Assembly (NCBI GenBank): GCA_002690595.1
Contig: NZFI01000058.1
Span: 1-33,899 of the forward strand
DNA from: Rickettsiales bacterium
Lineage (GTDB): Bacteria > Pseudomonadota > Alphaproteobacteria > Methylaequorales > Methylaequoraceae
Reading direction: 5' to 3'
DNA length: 33,899 nucleotides
Position numbers and translations under genes: made by a program. This document shows positions 30,102 to 33,899 of the stretch, in pieces. Under the pieces are notes generated by a model. The model was not told the origin of the DNA, searched no databases, and saw only the letters and a list, made by a program, of their open reading frames with translations. Each line of letters starts with the position of its first letter. Position 1 is the stretch's first letter.

Positions 30102-31237
30102 TTTTTTATCAAAATACTTTCATTTAAAATAAAGTTATCTCTGTGAATTAATTCTTCTCTTCCAACATATCCTAAAATACTTTCAATTTCCGAAGTTTTT
30201 TTTCCAATTATTAGTTTTGCCTCCATTATATCATATGAAATCAAACCTTTACCTAAAGCTTCTTTTTTTTCACTAAAAACTCCAACTAAATCACCTCTAA
30301 AAAAATTTCCTGTCAAACTCTTAACTCCAGATGGCAATAAACTAGATCCATTCTTCAAAGCTTTACAAGCGCCACCATCAATAATTATCTCACCCAAAAT
30401 TTTTGGACTTCCAGCTAACCATTTTTTAAAAGAACTTTTTTTACTCTTTTTTGCAATAAACCATGTGCCAAGATTTTTTTTCTTCTTAATAATTCTTGTT
30501 ATGGGTCTAGCTCTGTTACCAGAACAAATTAATGTATTACAACCAAAATTCATCGCCATTTGAGCAGCTTCAATTTTTGTTTTCATGCCTCCCGAACCAT
30601 ATAAATTAGTATCACTCTTAGCCATTTTTTTTATATCATTATCTATATTTTTAACTATATATATTAATTTAGCCTTTTTAAACTTACTTGGATTTTCATC
30701 ATATAATCCATCTACATCACTTAATAATATTAAATTATCTGCATCAACTATTTGAGCAACTCTAGCTGCTAATCTGTCATTATCTCCAAACTTTAATTCT
30801 TCTGTTGCAATAGTATCGTTTTCATTAATTATTGGTATAACATTAGAATCTAAAAGTGTATTTATTGTTTCTCTAGCATTTAGATTTTTTCTTCTATGCT
30901 CTGTTTCTGAATATGTCAAAAGTATTTGAGCAATTTTTAAATCTTTAAAAATTTTAAGAAAAGAGTTCATTAATAAACTTTGACCACAAGCCGCACAAGC
31001 TTGTTTTTCATTTATTTTTAAAACTTTTTTATTTTTGATTCCTAAATATCTTTTCCCGAGAGAAACTGCACCAGATGCTACAATTAATATTTTAATTCTT
31101 TTTTTTTGTAAAAAAGAAACATCCCTAATTAAGCTTTCAAGTCTTTTACTATTAAACTTATTATTTTCAACAACTAATGAAGAACCTATTTTAATAACTA
31201 ACTTTTTAGAATCTAATAAGGAAGGTAATAAACTCAT
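30098..31237 (-). CDS. proB: glutamate 5-kinase with C-terminal PUA domain
   Basis: KLVIKIGSS, NENDT and GSGGMKTK are present. The C-terminal PUA-like segment is IIDGGACKALKNGSSLLPSG. Confidence 0.95.
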   Translation of the reverse strand: MSLLPSLLDSKKLVIKIGSSLVVENNKFNSKRLESLIRDVSFLQKKRIKILIVASGAVSLGKRYLGIKNKKVLKINEKQACAACGQSLLMNSFLKIFKDLKIAQILLTYSETEHRRKNLNARETINTLLDSNVIPIINENDTIATEELKFGDNDRLAARVAQIVDADNLILLSDVDGLYDENPSKFKKAKLIYIVKNIDNDIKKMAKSDTNLYGSGGMKTKIEAAQMAMNFGCNTLICSGNRARPITRIIKKKKNLGTWFIAKKSKKSSFKKWLAGSPKILGEIIIDGGACKALKNGSSLLPSGVKSLTGNFFRGDLVGVFSEKKEALGKGLISYDIMEAKLIIGKKTSEIESILGYVGREELIHRDNFILNESILIKK

Positions 31238-32229
31238 TATTTGATAATTATTTTATAGAGGTGATTAACTAAATTTTTAATTCCAATTTTTTTTAAGCAT
31301 GAAATCACTATACATTTTCCTCCAGAAACTTCTTCAAAAAATTTAATAATTGGCTTAAATTCTTTTTCATTAACTAAATCGGATTTGTTTAAAACTAATA
31401 TTTGTTTTTTATTTCTAGTTTCTTTTCCATACTTCGATAGCTCATTCATAATTATTTTATAATTTTTTTTAATATTTTCGTTTTCAACTGACATATCACA
31501 CAAATGAAGAATATACTGACATCTTTCAATATGAGCTAAAAACTTATGACCCAGACCAATACCGTCTGATGCCCCAGATATTAATCCAGGTAAATCAGCT
31601 ACAATAATATCTTTGTCATACTTTCTTAAAATTCCAAGCTGAGGTTTTAATGTTGTGAATGCATAATCAGCAACTTTGGGTGAAGCACTTGATAAAACTT
31701 TTAACAGTGAGGACTTTCCAGCATTTGGAAGGCCAACCAAACCAATATCTGCTATTAATTTTAATCTAAGCCATACCCAATTTTCTTCTCCAGGCTTGCC
31801 AGCATCAAATCTTCTAGGCGCTTGATTGGTTGAGCTTTTAAATTTAAAATTTCCTCTTCCACCCTGTCCACCTTCTAAAAACATATACGTTTCTCCAGCT
31901 TTTTGAAAATCCTTATGCAAAAAAACTTTATCTTCTCCAAGTATTTGAGTTCCAACAGGAACTTTAATAATTAGATCCTTTCCGTTTGAACCTGTTTTTT
32001 TTTTTCCAGCTCCACCATTTCCACTTTGAGCCAAGAAATGTTGCTGATATCTAAAATCAATTAATGTATTAAGGTTACTATATGATTTAAAATAAACACT
32101 GCCACCCTTTCCTCCATCTCCTCCATCAGGCCCTCCTCTTTCTACATTTTTTTCTCTACGAAAACTAACACAACCAGGTCCACCACTGCCTGATTTAATG
32201 TAGATTTTAGCTTCATCTAAGAACTTCAT
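31237..32229 (-). CDS. obg: GTPase Obg/CgtA
   Basis: The Gly-rich Obg fold (GGDGGKGGSV, GGQGGRGN) is present. The G motifs GLPNAGKSS, DLPG and NKSD are present. Length is 330 aa. Confidence 0.96.
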   Translation of the reverse strand: MKFLDEAKIYIKSGSGGPGCVSFRREKNVERGGPDGGDGGKGGSVYFKSYSNLNTLIDFRYQQHFLAQSGNGGAGKKKTGSNGKDLIIKVPVGTQILGEDKVFLHKDFQKAGETYMFLEGGQGGRGNFKFKSSTNQAPRRFDAGKPGEENWVWLRLKLIADIGLVGLPNAGKSSLLKVLSSASPKVADYAFTTLKPQLGILRKYDKDIIVADLPGLISGASDGIGLGHKFLAHIERCQYILHLCDMSVENENIKKNYKIIMNELSKYGKETRNKKQILVLNKSDLVNEKEFKPIIKFFEEVSGGKCIVISCLKKIGIKNLVNHLYKIIIK

Positions 32230-32259
32230 TCTATTTTAAACCTGAATGAATGTTTTCTT

Positions 32260-32520
32260 CTAAGACTTTATGGGCACCACACTGACATAAGTCCTACCTA
32301 ATGATTTTTTTTTAAATAAAACATTGCCTTTTTGAAGTGAAAAAATTGTATGATCCTTCCCAATACCAACATTCTCACCAGGATGATACTTAGTACCTCT
32401 TTGCCTAATAATTATATTACCAGGAATCACTAACTCACCACCAAACTTTTTAACACCAAGTCTTCTTCCAGCTGTATCTCTACCATTTCTTGTACTGCCT
32501 CCAGCTTTTTTATGTGCCAT
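32260..32520 (-). CDS. rpmA: 50S ribosomal protein L27
   Basis: [15 protein letters not shown]...[10 protein letters not shown] is present. Length is 86 aa. Confidence 0.98.
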   Translation of the reverse strand: MAHKKAGGSTRNGRDTAGRRLGVKKFGGELVIPGNIIIRQRGTKYHPGENVGIGKDHTIFSLQKGNVLFKKKSLGRTYVSVVPIKS

Positions 32521-32942
32521 TATTTATCCTTATTTTGAGTTTTCTCTTCTTTAACAAAATTTGATTTATCATCATTTTTTGAATCTTCATTAGTTTTATT
32601 AATAATTTCTGATTGTGAAGATTTTGAACTAACATTTATTTTTTCTATTTTTAATATTACAACATTTTGTCTATGTCCTAATTTTCTTCTATAATTGTGT
32701 CTTCTCTTTTTCTTAAAAATAAGAACTTTTTCATCTTTTATAACATCAATCACTTTAGCAGATATAGACATGTTCTTAATATAGGGTGTCCCAATAATTG
32801 TCTCTTCTTTATCATTTTTTAAAAGCAAGATTTTTTCCATTTTAATAGATTGACCTTTTTTGCAATCAATTTTTTCAATCTTTAAGATATCATCTTTTTT
32901 AACTTTATATTGTTTTCCGCCACTTTCAAAAACTGCAAACAT
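32520..32942 (-). CDS. rplU: 50S ribosomal protein L21 with a low-complexity C-terminal extension
   Basis: [14 protein letters not shown] and [15 protein letters not shown] are present. The protein is 140 aa, with a tail of about 37 aa rich in Lys, Asn, Ser, Glu and Asp. An AAGGA SD lies 7 nt upstream of the ATG. Confidence 0.95.
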   Translation of the reverse strand: MFAVFESGGKQYKVKKDDILKIEKIDCKKGQSIKMEKILLLKNDKEETIIGTPYIKNMSISAKVIDVIKDEKVLIFKKKRRHNYRRKLGHRQNVVILKIEKINVSSKSSQSEIINKTNEDSKNDDKSNFVKEEKTQNKDK

Positions 32943-32951
32943 TATTCATTC

Positions 32952-32996
32952 CTTATAAAATAATACTTTTATACATCCAAGGATATTAATTTTAAA
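32952..32996 (-). promoter_or_regulatory. candidate promoter(s) for the rplU-rpmA gene train
   Basis: Two motif pairs are visible on the minus strand. The first is TTTAAA (32996-32991), 17 nt, TATAAA (32973-32968), which would give a leader of about 20 nt containing the SD. The second is TTGGAT (32980-32975), 17 nt, TATAAG (32957-32952), which would give an almost leaderless mRNA. These are motif matches only. Confidence 0.25.
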
Positions 32997-33053
32997 GCAT
33001 TAATTTGTTTTTATTTAATTAAAAAATTGTATTATTGTAAATTGTTTATCTTT

Positions 33054-33082
33054 TTGATATTTTTCCACTTTAATTATATAAA
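33054..33082 (+). promoter_or_regulatory. candidate sigma70-type promoter for the thiolase gene
   Basis: TTGATA (33054-33059), a 17-nt spacer, then TATAAA (33077-33082). The -10 element ends 8 nt before the ATG at 33091, and no SD-like purine run lies between them. Confidence 0.3.
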
Positions 33083-33090
33083 TAATATTT

Positions 33091-33899
33091 ATGTCAGAGA
33101 TAGTTATAACATCAGCAAAAAGAACTCCAATTGGAAAATTTCTTGGGGGTCTTAGTCATTTATCAGCTCCTGAACTTGGAAAACTATCAATTGAAAATGT
33201 AATAAATGATTCAAAAGTATCTAAAGAATTAATTGATGAAGTGATCATGGGTCAAGTTTTAACAGGTGGTTCTGGACAAAATCCAGCTAGACAAAGTTCT
33301 TTTTTATCTGGTATCCCCGAAGATAAAAGTGCACTCACTATCAATCAAGTGTGTGGTTCAGGTTTAAGATCAATATCAATTGGTGCTCAGTCAATTATGA
33401 CTAATCAGTCAGAAATTGTAGTTGCTGGCGGACAAGAATCTATGAGCAATGCTCATCACACTTCTAATTTACGAAATGGTATTAAAATGGGTGATGGAGA
33501 GTTAAAGGATTCTATGATTATTGATGGTCTTTGGTGTGCAATGAATGACTATCATATGGGAACAACAGCTGAAAATGTTGCTGAAAAATATAATATATCA
33601 AAAGATCAACAAGATAAATTTGCCACAGAATCCCAAAATAAAGCCGAAAAAGCTCAATTAACTAAAAGATTTAAAGAAGAAATTATTCCTGTAATAGTTA
33701 AAAAAAAGAAGGAAGAGTATGAAATAACTGACGATGAATTTCCAAGGCATGGCTCAACAATAGAAAAAATGCAATCTCTTAAATCTGTTTTTCAAAAAAA
33801 TGGAACAGTAACAGCGGGAAATGCATCCGGTCTAAATGATGGTTCAGCTGCTGTCTGTTTAATGAAAGAAAGTAAAGCTAATGAACTTAATATAAGTCC
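33091..33899 (+). CDS. acetyl-CoA C-acetyltransferase (thiolase II), N-terminal ~270 aa (3' end lies outside the window)
   Basis: I translated this by hand because it is absent from the ORF track (it runs off the window). It begins MSEIVITSAKRTPIGKFLGGLS. It contains QNPARQ, the active-site NQVCGSGLRS and TAGNASGLNDGSAA. There is no stop codon up to 33899. Confidence 0.93.
   Translation, partial: MSEIVITSAKRTPIGKFLGGLSHLSAPELGKLSIENVINDSKVSKELIDEVIMGQVLTGGSGQNPARQSSFLSGIPEDKSALTINQVCGSGLRSISIGAQSIMTNQSEIVVAGGQESMSNAHHTSNLRNGIKMGDGELKDSMIIDGLWCAMNDYHMGTTAENVAEKYNISKDQQDKFATESQNKAEKAQLTKRFKEEIIPVIVKKKKEEYEITDDEFPRHGSTIEKMQSLKSVFQKNGTVTAGNASGLNDGSAAVCLMKESKANELNIS

Noticed and set aside
32943-33090. 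A possible small RNA, riboswitch or tRNA in the 148-bp spacer
   Set aside because: I found no stable stem-forming complementary segments. The G+C content is too low for tRNA-like or riboswitch helices. The spacer is better explained as a divergent promoter region.

Overview
The window is a strongly AT-rich, very tightly packed stretch of bacterial chromosome. It holds 37 protein-coding genes, two of them truncated by the window edges. I could not support any rRNA, tRNA, CRISPR array, transposase, phage gene or large repeat. The proteins are rich in Lys, Asn and Ile, and intergenic spacers are mostly 0-60 nt, with many start/stop overlaps. The synteny is alphaproteobacterial: atpHAGDC sits apart from the F0 genes, mdh-sucCD is present, and the string rplU-rpmA-obg-proB-proA-nadD-rsfS-rlmH is intact. 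My inference is a streamlined marine alphaproteobacterium of the SAR11/Pelagibacterales type. I cannot verify that without a database search.

Layout:
- Plus-strand block, 1-14577: leuC'(partial)-leuD-leuB-asd, a MaoC-family hydratase, sdhCDAB, zapE/AFG1, nadA-nadC, mdh, sucCD, and a double-ACT protein.
- Minus strand, 14572-16148: a DUF484 gene followed by xerC.
- Plus-strand block, 16226-23108: priA and atpHAGDC.
- Minus-strand train of 12 genes, 23105-32942: rplU-rpmA-obg-proB-proA-nadD-rsfS-rlmH-gpmI-envC-like-ctpA-rppH.
- Plus strand, from 33091 to the window edge: the 5' part of an acetyl-CoA acetyltransferase gene.

I do not see a convincing novel system. There is no defence island, no orphan gene cluster and no mobile DNA, so this looks like ordinary core genome. 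The findings are therefore modest. They cover four genes of imprecise function in notable positions (MaoC-like hydratase, ZapE, GcvR-like ACT protein, DUF484 coupled to xerC). They also cover a catalytically degenerate LytM/EnvC-like protein, convergent genes whose stop codons overlap and leave no terminator space, start-codon corrections to the ORF track, and candidate promoters in the only sizeable intergenic spacer.
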